NCBI RefSeq assembly: GCF_006345805.1
Contig: NC_043008.1
Span: forward strand, 16,616,001-16,680,000
Length of the DNA: 64,000 bases
Direction of reading: 5' to 3'
DNA from: Octopus sinensis
Taxonomy: Eukaryota
Shown here in pieces: positions 1 through 11,059 of the stretch. A program made the position numbers and the translations under genes. How positions within the stretch are numbered: position 1 is the first letter of the stretch; each line of letters opens with the position of its first letter. The notes beneath the pieces are model-generated. The model saw nothing but the letters and a program-made list of their open reading frames with translations. It did not search any database and was not told the origin of the DNA.

Positions 1-1074
1 TTGTTGTTGCTGTTAGCGTTGGTGGTTACTTTGTGAATGTATATGTCGGGGTTAGGAGTTTGTTGTGGAGGGTCGGAAATGGCTATTAATTTTTTTACTA
101 TAGTTATGAGCAAAGGTTGGAAACTATGGAGATATTAATTACTGATGATAATGATGATGATGATGATGATGATGAAGATGAGGATGGCAAAAGTGGTGGT
201 TTTTAATGGCGGTGATTTTTGGTGGTGTTGTGGCGGTGGTATTTGTGATGATGATGATGATAATGATGATGGTGATTTGTTTTGATAATTAAAATAATAA
301 GAAGAAAAAGGAGGAAAAGAAGACGAGGAAGAAGGAGAAGAACAATAGCAACAAGAACAACTACTACAAGAGCAAAAAATATATTTAGAACAGAATGAAG
401 ATGGTGAAGGTCGAAGGTTATGAAGAAGAAATGATCCCCACACAAATCCCCCGAAACGAATATGTGAACAGGAAAACACAGCTTATCTGATACCTATGCG
501 CATGCTCGGTGGTCACACACTAACAATCACTGACATACACAATACACATATATATATATACATACATATACACGCACACACACACAAAAATGCACATACT
601 GTTACGCATTGACAGAAAAGCTAACACACTAACTGACAAAATATATTTCTTAAAAATACATTCGTGTAAATTGTTTTTAACATATAATTTCTACAGCAAC
701 AAGAGGTCGAGAAGTCACAATATAAAAACAATATAACAACTGTATGAAAAACATAAGGAAACAATACAAAAAATGATTGGATCATGTTAGGCACACAATG
801 TACAAATTCGATATAAAGGCATAGAAATATAATATAATGAAGGGAAAATTTAAACAAATATCTACAAAATATGTAATTTTGATTAATTATGGAACCATTG
901 TAAATGTTGAAAAGCCAGATCTTCGGTCTTGGGTTTGTATAAAGTTGATTACATTGAACAAAATGCAATATATACATGAATGTATATATATGCACACATC
1001 CACAAACACACACACAAACACACACACAGAGAAGAACATGTTCTCGTGACTGTGTGTATAGATATATAGAGCAT

Positions 1075-1222
1075 TTGTCCTCAACTATGGTCACCCCCTC
1101 AGTGTTAATTTTATAGCAGAGATCGACGCAGTTTAGTTGTGCAAACACGAAGCAGACTGCATCAGTGAAATATTTGGGCGACTGGAAGAGAGTTAAAATT
1201 ACGAACCTGCTCCTTGGAGCCT
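1075..1222 (+). mobile_element. Old CR1-group LINE fragment (post-RT region)
   Basis: ctcaactatggtcacccc...ctggaagagagttaaaatt...ttggagc aligns by eye with the reverse complement of ~4330-4470 (QLWSP motif region). Confidence 0.45.
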
Positions 1223-1548
1223 TATGAGGCTTTTGCCCTAACTAAGCTAGTTAGCCTAACTAAACGCGTATATAAATACATATACATATGTATGTATACA
1301 CTAATGACTAGTAGGTACGTGGCATTTCGTTATGCAAATATAACATAATCTAAAATACGTTAAATGCTTTTATAAGTCACCACGTCCTCCTCCGTTAGCA
1401 GTGCTTGTTATATTATATTGTTAAGATCATTTCTTCAGAAGTCATAGCCAGCACTGATGTTTACATCTGAGGTCTGGATACGAAAGTTTGTAGCAAAACA
1501 TCAATGCTGGTTATAATTTCTGTAAAAATAATTTAACAATGCATGCAC

Positions 1549-1800
1549 GGATGTATGTATGTATGTATGTATGTATGTATGTATGTATGTATGTATGTAT
1601 GTATGTATGTATGTGTGTATGTATGTATGTATGTATGTACGTATGTATGTATGCATGCATGCATGTATGTATGTATGTATGTATGTATGTATGTATGTAT
1701 GCATGCATGTATGTATGTATGTATGTATGCATGTATGTATGCATGTATGTATGTATGTATGTATATATGTATGTATGTATGAATGTATGTATTATGTACG
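1549..1800. repeat. (TATG)n microsatellite
   Basis: Directly visible; source of the MYVC/HTYI pseudo-ORFs. Confidence 0.97.
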
Positions 1801-2382
1801 TATGCATGTATATATGTATTTGAGTGTGTGTTTGTGCTTGTATGTGGGCTCGTGTGTGTATGTGTAATGCATATTTTGATTCTCTACAATTGTATGCGAA
1901 TGTGTATAACCAGTGTTTGCGTAAGCACGTTTTATATAATTATATGAAGTGATGTTGATTTTAAAAAAAATATGTTTCAGTGTATGTGTTTATATAATAT
2001 GTAAATATGTATGAACACGTACTGAGCACTCTTCGCCATATGGGCAAATACTGACGGACAGTAAGAAAGGGGAGATGCTATCCATCCCAAGATTAAATTT
2101 AAACCGCAGTGATATGAATCTCCCTTTACAACAGACATCAATTTCCTGCTACTACGGTACTTACAATGACCATTAACGAATCGATTATAATTTCATTTTA
2201 TTTTATAATCATATTCAATACTTTTAATTAAGATAGACATATCTGGCGTCGGTTTTGACGACACGGTAACATTAATAAATAATAGCTTCTGTGTCACAGC
2301 AGAAAAAAAAATTAATAATAAAGGCCAAGTTTGGTGAAGATGGTGATGGTGATAGTGAAGGCAGAAGTGGTAATGTTGGTGG

Positions 2383-3175
2383 TAGAAGAAGAAGAAGAAG
2401 AAGTAGAAGAAGAAGAAGAAGAAGAAGAAGAAGAAGAAGAAGAAGAAGAAGAAGAAGAAGACGGAAGAGTAAGAAGAAGAAGATGATGATGATGATGAAG
2501 AAGAGGAGAAGAAGAAGAAGAAGAAGAAGAAGAAGACAGGAGAAAAAGAAGAAGAGAAGAAAAAGAAGAAGAAGAAAGAAGAAGAAGAAGAAGAAGAAGC
2601 GAAGAGCAAGAAGAATATATGATGATGATGAAGAATAGAAGAAGAAGAAGAAGACTACGAAAGAAGAAGAAGAAGAATAAGAAGAAGAAAAGAAGCGGAA
2701 GAGTAAGAAGAAAGATGATGATGATGATGAAAAGAAGGAGAAGAAGAAGAAGAAGAAAGAAGAAGAAGACATGAAGAAAAAGAAATAAGAAAGAAAAAGA
2801 AGAAGAAGAATAATAAGAAGAAGAGAAGAAGAAGATCAATAAGAAGATATGATATGATGATGATAGAAGACGAAGAAGAATACTAAGAGAAGAAGAAGAA
2901 TAATGAAGAAAAGAAATAAGACTACGAAGAAGAGAAAAGAAGAAGAAGAATAAGAAGCGGAAGAGTAAGAAGAAGAAGATGATGATGATGATGAAGAAGA
3001 ATGAGAAGAAGAAGAAGAGAAGAAGAAGAAGAAGAAGAAGCAAAGGAAGAAGACAGGAGAAGAAGAAGAAGAGAAGAAAAGAAGAAGAAGAAGAAGAAGA
3101 AGAAGAAGAAGAAGAAGAAGAAGAAGAAGAAGAAGAAGAAGAAGAAGAAGAAGAAGATGGAGATGATGAAGAAAG
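2383..3175. repeat. (GAA)n polypurine tract with GAT interruptions
   Basis: Directly visible; interruption blocks recur internally. Confidence 0.95.
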
Positions 3176-3804
3176 TGGTATGACGAAGGACAGAAACAAA
3201 GAAATAACGAAACCCCCCACCCCAAAAAAACAAAAGAAAAAACAGACAGCAATAGTCGCAACACCACCACCATCACCATTACCTTGCTACCACCGTTATG
3301 TAATCAACAACAACACCAACAACAACGACAACAACAGCAGTAATTTCATCGGCAATAATAACAAGAAACTCGTGTAGAGATAACAAATGTGTTACTTACT
3401 AGCGACATGTATAAGCGAGGCAAAGCACAAAATAATCAGTGAATTTCTTGATTCAGGCTTCCACATATTGTTCTAGCTTCAATGTGCTTACATAATAGAC
3501 TAATTTTATAAAGTAATACTGGATATATATATATATATATAAGAACCTAATTAAATTATATAAATTGCAACACAAGGCGACACATAAAAAACTGGAAAAG
3601 GAAGCTAAATCATAATAAATCACTAAATAGGGGTAATAAAATACATTAACACACCCTGTACAAAACTACATACATGCAAACACATATTTATAAAAGTACA
3701 ACATACAAACAACCGGATACACATATACATGTCCAAGTGAATGTGTATGTGTGCTTGTATATATATGCACGTGTACATATATTTATGTGTGATTGTATAC
3801 ATGC

Positions 3805-3840
<36 letters not shown>

Positions 3841-3863
3841 GTATATATGTATATATATATATA

Positions 3864-5092
3864 TTGATTGATTGATTGATTGATTCTAGTTTCAGCTTAT
3901 GAGCTGTGGCCATGCTGGGGCACCGCCATTTGGTGTTGCTACTTGGTTTCACTTCATGGAGGCTTTCTAGCAACTGCTATTTGGTGCATGAGAGAGTTCG
4001 ATGCAGCTGCCCTCATCTGCCCTTCCTGTCGTGAAGTTGGTTCATCTGGGACACCTGACAGGAAGAGATCCAGCTTCATTTTAAAGACATCTGTATCCAC
4101 CCCATGCAGGTCTCTCAGGTTCTTCGGGAGGATATTGAAGAGCTGTGGGCCTCGGAAGCCCAGGCTATCACAGAATCTTGTCCTACATCTTGATGGCAAT
4201 TTTGGAGTCCTAGGCACCACGCAGTGGCGCCCAGTTCTGGCATTTGCGTAACTCTCGATGCCAAAGTTCAGACGCTTCGCTTCCTCCAGGATCTTCCAGA
4301 TGTATATTATGGCATATCTTTCCGCCTACGCTCCAGAGAATATAATTTTAATCTCTTGAGTCTTTCCCAGTAGCTTACATTCTGCATAGAGGCTATCTTC
4401 TTTGTGTAGCTTCGTTGGATCGCCTCAAGTTCTGTGATCACTTGACACTGGGTGGTGACCATAGCTGAGAGCAATAGTCAAAGTGGCTTAGGACAAGTGT
4501 CTTCCAGAGGACCATCATGGTTTTTTGTTCTCTTGTTCTAAAGTTCTAAGAATCCATCCAGCCAGCCGTCTACATTTCATTGTCAGTTTAGCAACATGTA
4601 CATGAAAGGTCGCGTCATCACTCATGTGAATACCCAGGTCACGCACTGATTGTGCCTCTGGGATTGCAATCCCTCCGGGTCCAGTGTATTCATTGGGTAT
4701 TGCATTCAGTTTTGCATGCTGATAGTATAAAGCTTGAAACTTTCCAGCATTGAACTGCATGCTATTCTTTTCAGCCCACTTGTATATTTCGTCAGCTCAC
4801 ATTGCAGGTGTTTAGTGTCCTCAGGGTTCTGTATTGCCTGTGAAACTTTTGTATCATCTGCATAACTTGTGATCGTGGCTCTCTGCGTGGCTGAGGGCAT
4901 GTCTGAGAGGGGCATTATGAACAGTAGTGGTCCCCGAACAGTGCCCTGCGGAACACCGCTCACTATTTGTGTGTTAATGGAGGTGGCCCCATTGGCTACT
5001 ACCACCTGACTTCTATCCTTCAGAAAGTCATGAAGCCATTCTCCCAGTTTTCCAACTATGTTGAGATCACGCAGTTTGTGACATATCATTCC
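3864..5092 (-). mobile_element. 5'-truncated CR1-group LINE (RT C-terminal half, 3' UTR, (AATC)n tail), frameshifted
   Basis: ORF 4706-5089 has SGVPQGTVRGPLLF and YADDTK; ORF 4515-4760 has MQFNAGKF and RDLGI; ORF 3954-4220 has GPQLFNILP..FKMKLDLFL; repeat tail at 3864-3885; 5' end abuts (TA)n. Confidence 0.92.
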
Positions 5093-5131
<39 letters not shown>

Positions 5132-5191
5132 ATACATAGCCTCACGGGCTATCCTTTACTGGAAAGCAATACTTTCGTATTGCATAACTAT

Positions 5192-5237
<46 letters not shown>

Positions 5238-5449
5238 ATATATATACATATATATATGTATATATATATATACGTTTTAAATATTTGTTGTGCAAGATTT
5301 TTTATGTGAAGTCGTGGTTTGAAACAGATATTGTTATATTTCGGAATGGTCATATTGCCAGTTTAGCCAATAAAAACACACGCACTATATTTTGTGTGTT
5401 ATTTTGCTTCAGTGATATTTATTTTTTACATTAATCTTAATCTTATTTC

Positions 5450-5494
5450 GGCCAAAGTTCTTTCGTCACACTCCTGTGACCGCATCAGTGGTCC
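5450..5494 (-). ncRNA. Minimal type I hammerhead-like motif in the PLE pseudo-LTR
   Basis: Reads GGACCA CUGAUGC G GUCAC aggagu GUGAC GAAAG aa CU U UGGCC; stems I-III can pair; core A9 is replaced by C. Confidence 0.6.
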
Positions 5495-6029
5495 TTTGTT
5501 TTCTTCTCACTTACTTGTGTCTCTCCTTACTAACCGTCAGCCATTTTATATTTCTATTGTATGTCTTCATTTGCGCATGTTTATATCTCTATGTGCGTCT
5601 ATGTTTATTTAGTGTGTGTGGGGGGGGATGCCTGTAATATTTGTATCTTCTGGTTATATACATTCTTGTAATTTGTATTTTGTTTTTGTTGTTGTTGCTT
5701 TTGTTCTAATTTTGTTCATGTGTTTACATCCACCCATTATTATCATTACATATGCTTGTATGTATGTATAACAACAATATTAGTAATAATAATAATAAAT
5801 CTAATGGAAAAAAAAAAAAAAAAAAAAAAAAGGAATATACATATACATATATATATATACATACACATACATATACATATATATATATATATATACACAC
5901 ACATATATACACATATACATATACATATATATACACATATACATATATATAGATATTCATTTCTATTTCTTTAATTACCTGTGTATTTATTATGTTTGCA
6001 GGATCCACTATTGTCATATGTTGTGGTGT

Positions 6030-6596
6030 GCGCTATTGCTCCATTCTAGTTTTCTATTCAGGCTAGGTTTATTTTCTATTATATGTGTTAGCTTCTGTAA
6101 TTTGTCTAATTGTTGCATCTGTTCTATGCGTGGACAATATCTTAATCTCTATGTTATTGATTGATCCCCCTGTTCTTGTTCGGCGTGTTGGTACAGAATC
6201 GATGAGCTTTTACCTTCCTTGAGTTGTCTCCAATGTTCATTCACCCGCTCACCAATGCTTCTTGCAGTTTCCCCTACGTATGTACTGTCTTGTTACTGCA
6301 TCGTCCCTCTATACATCTTATACTATAGACCACATTTCTGGCTTTACAGTTCGTTTGTGGGCTAAATCTACATACAGTGCAATAGTTATCCGTACAGAGA
6401 GTTCTACTAAAAGGATAGCTTCTACCAATTATAGATCTGATAGGGTTGCCTGGCTTTTCAACAACCTTAATTCTTAGTTTCAATTTATCTAGGGTCCTTC
6501 TAAATCGGTACGCTAGTTCACCTCCAGGGGTGGTGTCAACGAACATGACACTCTGGTATTTATGGCTATCATACCAAGAGTTGGCCTTCCCTATTT

Positions 6597-6633
<37 letters not shown>

Positions 6634-6950
6634 TTTTATAGTGTTCCATGACTTGTTCCTATAGAGTGGGCAAATCCCATTCCTATCATTACATAATATA
6701 TTATCAAATTTCTTCATGGCTCCTTTGTATACTCTGATCCTTTCTTTATGGCTGTAACCTGAGAACTGCATGCGGTGAATGAAGTACTGTATGTGTTTTT
6801 TTAATTCTGTAGCTCGCACATGCGTGACACATTTCTCATTATTCTGACGAGGTCTGCCATCAAAATATTGAATTTGGCATTGCCCGCAATGGCTGAGTTC
6901 CGGTGGATCAGGTATTTTGAGGCCATAGGTTTTGCATAGTATGAATGATG
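6030..6950 (-). pseudogene. PLE RT-thumb/linker/GIY-YIG endonuclease pseudo-ORF
   Basis: ORFs 6801-6995 and 6274-6819 plus manual translation downstream ([28 protein letters not shown]); at least two frameshifts; poly-A expansion read as poly-K. Confidence 0.85.
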
Positions 6951-6996
6951 CTGACGGTTAGTAAGGAGAGACACAAGTAAGTGAGAAGAAAACAAA

Positions 6997-7041
6997 GGAC
7001 CACTGATGCGGTCACAGGAGTGTGACGAAAGAACTTTGGCC
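6997..7041 (+). ncRNA. Mirror copy of the hammerhead-like motif
   Basis: Exact reverse complement of 5450-5494. Confidence 0.6.
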
Positions 7042-7155
7042 GAAATAAGATTAAGATTAATGTAAAAATAATATCACTGAAGCAAAATAACACCAAATAT
7101 AGTGCGTGTGTTTTTATTGGCTAAACTGGCAATATGACCATTCCGAAATATAACA

Positions 7156-7214
<59 letters not shown>

Positions 7215-7229
7215 ATATATATACATATA

Positions 7230-7276
<47 letters not shown>

Positions 7277-7779
7277 TCAGAGAAACACACAAAACACCCA
7301 CATACACACACCATGCGCACACACAGACACGCACACAAATATGTGATAGATTCTCTCGTCGTGAAGATAAGGTTTCAGTAAAATAAGGCGTTAATCATGT
7401 TCAATGGACACGGATGTATCTCACGGATGTTGGTATCTTGCAAACCTTTTGGTAAATGGAACAAAGTGAGGACTCAGTTCATTTCAGAGATAGTGGATCA
7501 TTTACTATGTGTTTTCTTGTGTGGACGGCAAGGCCTCCTTTGTTTCCATTCACAAAAGAAGACCGTCAGGGAAGATTTCCATTTAGAGAAGCAGCGTATA
7601 TATTCATATAGGCTTGGCTATGTGATAAGGGGATACCTTCCAAAGCACATGGTTCTGGATTGAGTTCCACTGTGTGATCTAAAGCGTCATCTATACTCTT
7701 ATAACGATAAAAGTCTTGCGAGTGGATTTTTTATACAGAAATATATCCTTGAGTTTTTAATTTTTTATGACTTTCAACC

Positions 7780-8140
7780 AAACGCTGAAAATATGCTCAG
7801 ACACCTTCTTTCAGTGAGTTTGGGATTTTTTTCTGTGTTGGTTTTGGTGAATTAGCGAGTTGGATAGAGTCGCCTTTCTTTGTGCATCCTGCTATGCTGC
7901 CCTTCCATCTATCACTTGAGATAGAAATTCTATGTGTATATATCACTGCATATTTTTCAAGCTTTCTCGCTAAAGAGTAGAGATTCAGTTCCTTTAGTCA
8001 TCCCTAGTTGCTCACAGTTTCACCAAGTCAATCTTCTTTGTGCAGTGAAGAATGCCCACATATCCGCCACCAGTTTGAATTGCTGCGGTGACCACAGTTT
8101 AGTAGTTCGGTAGAGGAGGCAAATGGGCTAAGTACAAGGT
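7780..8140 (-). mobile_element. Older diverged CR1-group LINE fragment
   Basis: Manual translation gives LVLSP..LWSP..KELNLYSLARKLEKYAVIY, homologous to the 4260-4500 region. Confidence 0.55.
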
Positions 8141-8245
8141 TTAAAAGAAAAAAAAAAACTGGACACAAATCATTCGACGAAAGAAATTTTAATATCTGAA
8201 AGAAGTCTAACATCCACAGTCTAATATCTGAAACAAGTGAAATAT

Positions 8246-8276
<31 letters not shown>

Positions 8277-8285
8277 ATTATGTTA

Positions 8286-8412
8286 CTTTATTTAAAAGCA
8301 GGAGAAATATGACACAAGCTGTTACTCAGAGTTTTACGTTCCCGTTCGTCGGACGGGAACGGGAAACTCTGAGTAACAGCTTTTGTTATATTTCTGCTGC
8401 TTTTAAATAAAG
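8286..8412. repeat. Near-perfect 60-bp inverted repeat with 7-nt spacer, probably PLE-derived
   Basis: 8286-8345 pairs with 8353-8412; contains a hammerhead-like motif; lies between (TA)n runs. Confidence 0.8.
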
Positions 8413-8971
8413 CATATTACTCTACCTCTGGTATTTGAGTACACTTTGTTTCACATGTGCTTACTCCGAATATATATAATATATATTATATATATACGAT
8501 GAAGTCAAATCCATATAGTTGCGAGTAGTACATCATTAAATATAGCTTTTACAGACAGCTGATGTAAGTTGGTATATTTATATTCTTATATTAACCTCTC
8601 TCTCACTCTCTCTCTATATATATATGTATGTGTTTGTTTGTGTGTCTATAAATATGTATAAAATTACATATTTACATTATGCATTTAAAGAAATATGCGC
8701 TTGTGTAAATATATAAATAACATGTCAATTAAGACATATTAAAAGAGTATTCAAATAATACATATATTAATCCATGAACACACGGTCACACTTAACCGGC
8801 AATTCTTCACAGTAATAACTGCAATTAAGTACAGTATAAATATCTCAAGGATAATATATTCGCATAGAGAAATAATTACAAATAAGCAAGCAATTTTCAT
8901 ATAGGCACATATTCATATACATACATATACACATATATAATTGTATACATGCACACACGCAGATGTTTATA

Positions 8972-9023
<52 letters not shown>

Positions 9024-9205
9024 CATATATATACATATATATATACATACATACATATATAAATGTATAAAAGTTAATTATTTAAAAAATTTATAAAACT
9101 TTTAACATCATCTTAAATTGTATGTTGAGTTTATATAGGATACGCGTTCTATACATGTTCATAACACACATTATATATATACATATATGCATACATACAT
9201 ACATA

Positions 9206-9249
<44 letters not shown>

Positions 9250-9251
<2 letters not shown>

Positions 9252-9402
9252 GAGTGGATATGTGTAGCTTGCTTACCGACCCCATGTTTCAGTTTAGTCT
9301 CACTGTGTGGCACCTTGGGCAAGTGTCTTCCACTATAGCCTCGGGCTGACCAAATCGTTGTGAGAGGATTTGTAGACGGCAATTGAAAGAAGCCCGTCGT
9401 AT
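9250..9402 (+). mobile_element. SINE family A, 5' half
   Basis: ggagtgg..gtggcaccttgggcaagtgtcttc..aagcccgtcgtata. Confidence 0.8.
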
Positions 9403-9448
9403 ATATAATATATATATATATATATATATTAATATATATATATATACA

Positions 9449-9845
9449 TAGGCACAGGTGTGGCTGTGTGGTAAGAAGATTGTTCTGGGTTCAGTCCCAC
9501 TGAATGGAAACTTGTGAAACTCTCATACACTATCGCCTTCAACCAACTATTTCACCTGAGTGGATTTGGTAGCCGGAAAATGAGAGAAGCCCGTCGTATA
9601 TATATATTATTCGTGTGTGTATGTGTGTGTGTGTGTGTGTGTCTCATTGCGTCTCTGTTTGTCTCCCACCACCGCTTCACAACGGGCATTGGTTCATTTA
9701 ACTCCCTGTAACTTAGCGGTTTGGGAAAAAGAGATCTATAGAATATGTACCAGGATCAGAAAAAAAAATTAGGCGTGGGGAAGATTTAATCGAATGAAAC
9801 CTTTCGAGGTGGCTCCTCAGCATGGCTGCATTGAAATAACTAAAA
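9449..9845 (+). mobile_element. SINE family A, diverged near-full copy
   Basis: Head tggctgtgtggtaag, internal (TA)/(TG) run, tail cagcatggctgca. Confidence 0.75.
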
Positions 9846-9873
9846 CAAAGAACCGATAAAAGATAATAGATAA

Positions 9874-10283
9874 GGCGCAGGAGTGGCTGTGTGGTAAGTA
9901 GCTTGCTAAACAACCACATGGTTCCGGGTTCAGTCCCACTGCGTGGCATCTTGGGCAAGTGTCTTCTGCTATAGCCCCGGGCCGACCAATGCCTTGTGAG
10001 TGGATTTGGTAGACGGAGACTGATAGAAGCCTGTCGTATATATGTATATATATATATGTATGTGTGTGTGTTTGTGTGTCTGTGATTGTCCCCCTAGCAT
10101 TGCTTGACAACCGATGCTGGTGTGTTTACGTCCCCGTCACTTAGCGGTTCGGCAAAAGAGACTGATAGAATAAGTACTGGGCTTACAAAGAATAAGTCCC
10201 GGGGTCGATTTGCTCGACTAAAGGCGGTGCTCCAGCATGGCCGCAGTCAAATGACCGAAACAAGTAAAAGAGAAAAGAGAGTA
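9874..10283 (+). mobile_element. SINE family A, full length (tRNA-type head, CORE-like block, internal microsatellite, LINE-like tail)
   Basis: A-box-like TGGCTGTGTGG, B-box-like GGTTCAGTCC, CTTGGGCAAGT block, 3' GGCGGTGCTCCAGCATGGCCGCAGTCAAATGAC; many copies in this window. Confidence 0.92.
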
Positions 10284-10372
10284 AGATACATACTTACGTA
10301 CATATATATACATATATATATACACTATATAGTCCACACATATATATTATATATATATACATACATATATAT

Positions 10373-10406
<34 letters not shown>

Positions 10407-10845
10407 CACAGACACACACACAAATACGAATATGGACTTAACAAAAGCATACACGTCATAGATATTAATACGCTCTTTCCAAATTACGTTAGTAAATGCA
10501 ATGTATGGTGTAATGATATGCATACGCACATACTCAGAAATACTACGATGTCGTAGGAGAGCTATTTATATTATATGTGTTAGCACTCGCTAAGCCCTTC
10601 CTTTATAAACTTCTGACATTTCAACACTCTGTTCATGACATTATCATCACGACTCTTTCCTCTCACGATGTTGGTCTACCAATGTTATATTTGTGAATTA
10701 TTCAGGCTGCCGTTAAAAGCAGTGAGCAGACACAGGACGGCTACGTATGTGTGTGTGTATACATACAAACATACGTTCATATATGTATATATATATATAT
10801 TATATGTATATATATATATAATATATACATATATATATATTATAC

Positions 10846-10882
<37 letters not shown>

Positions 10883-10954
10883 CATATATTATGTTTGATA
10901 TGTATAATACATATAATTATAATATATATATCTATATATATATATTCAATTCAC

Positions 10955-11020
10955 TTTGCAAAACTCCTGATGTGAAATCGTGTGTTGAAATAGATATTGG
11001 TGTATTTCTGGACGGCCATT

Positions 11021-11059
<39 letters not shown>

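Larger units (their letters stand above)
5285..7159 (-). mobile_element. 5'-truncated Penelope-like retroelement with inverted pseudo-LTR
   Basis: Thumb region (YAKPMASKYLIHRNSA, MQFSGYS), Cys-rich linker (CTDNYCTVC..NCK), GIY-YIG motifs VVYSIRC and, after a frameshift at ~6280, YVGETARSIGERVNEH; ~210-bp inverted repeats at 5328-5541 and 6950-7159; flanked by (TA)n. Confidence 0.88.

Noticed and set aside
1501-1867. MYVC/HTYI ORFs, and the many YIYI/CVCV ORFs across the window
   Set aside because: Translations of simple repeats
9874-9945. tRNA gene (also 18400-18475)
   Set aside because: A/B-box-like motifs without a complete cloverleaf, continuing into a SINE body
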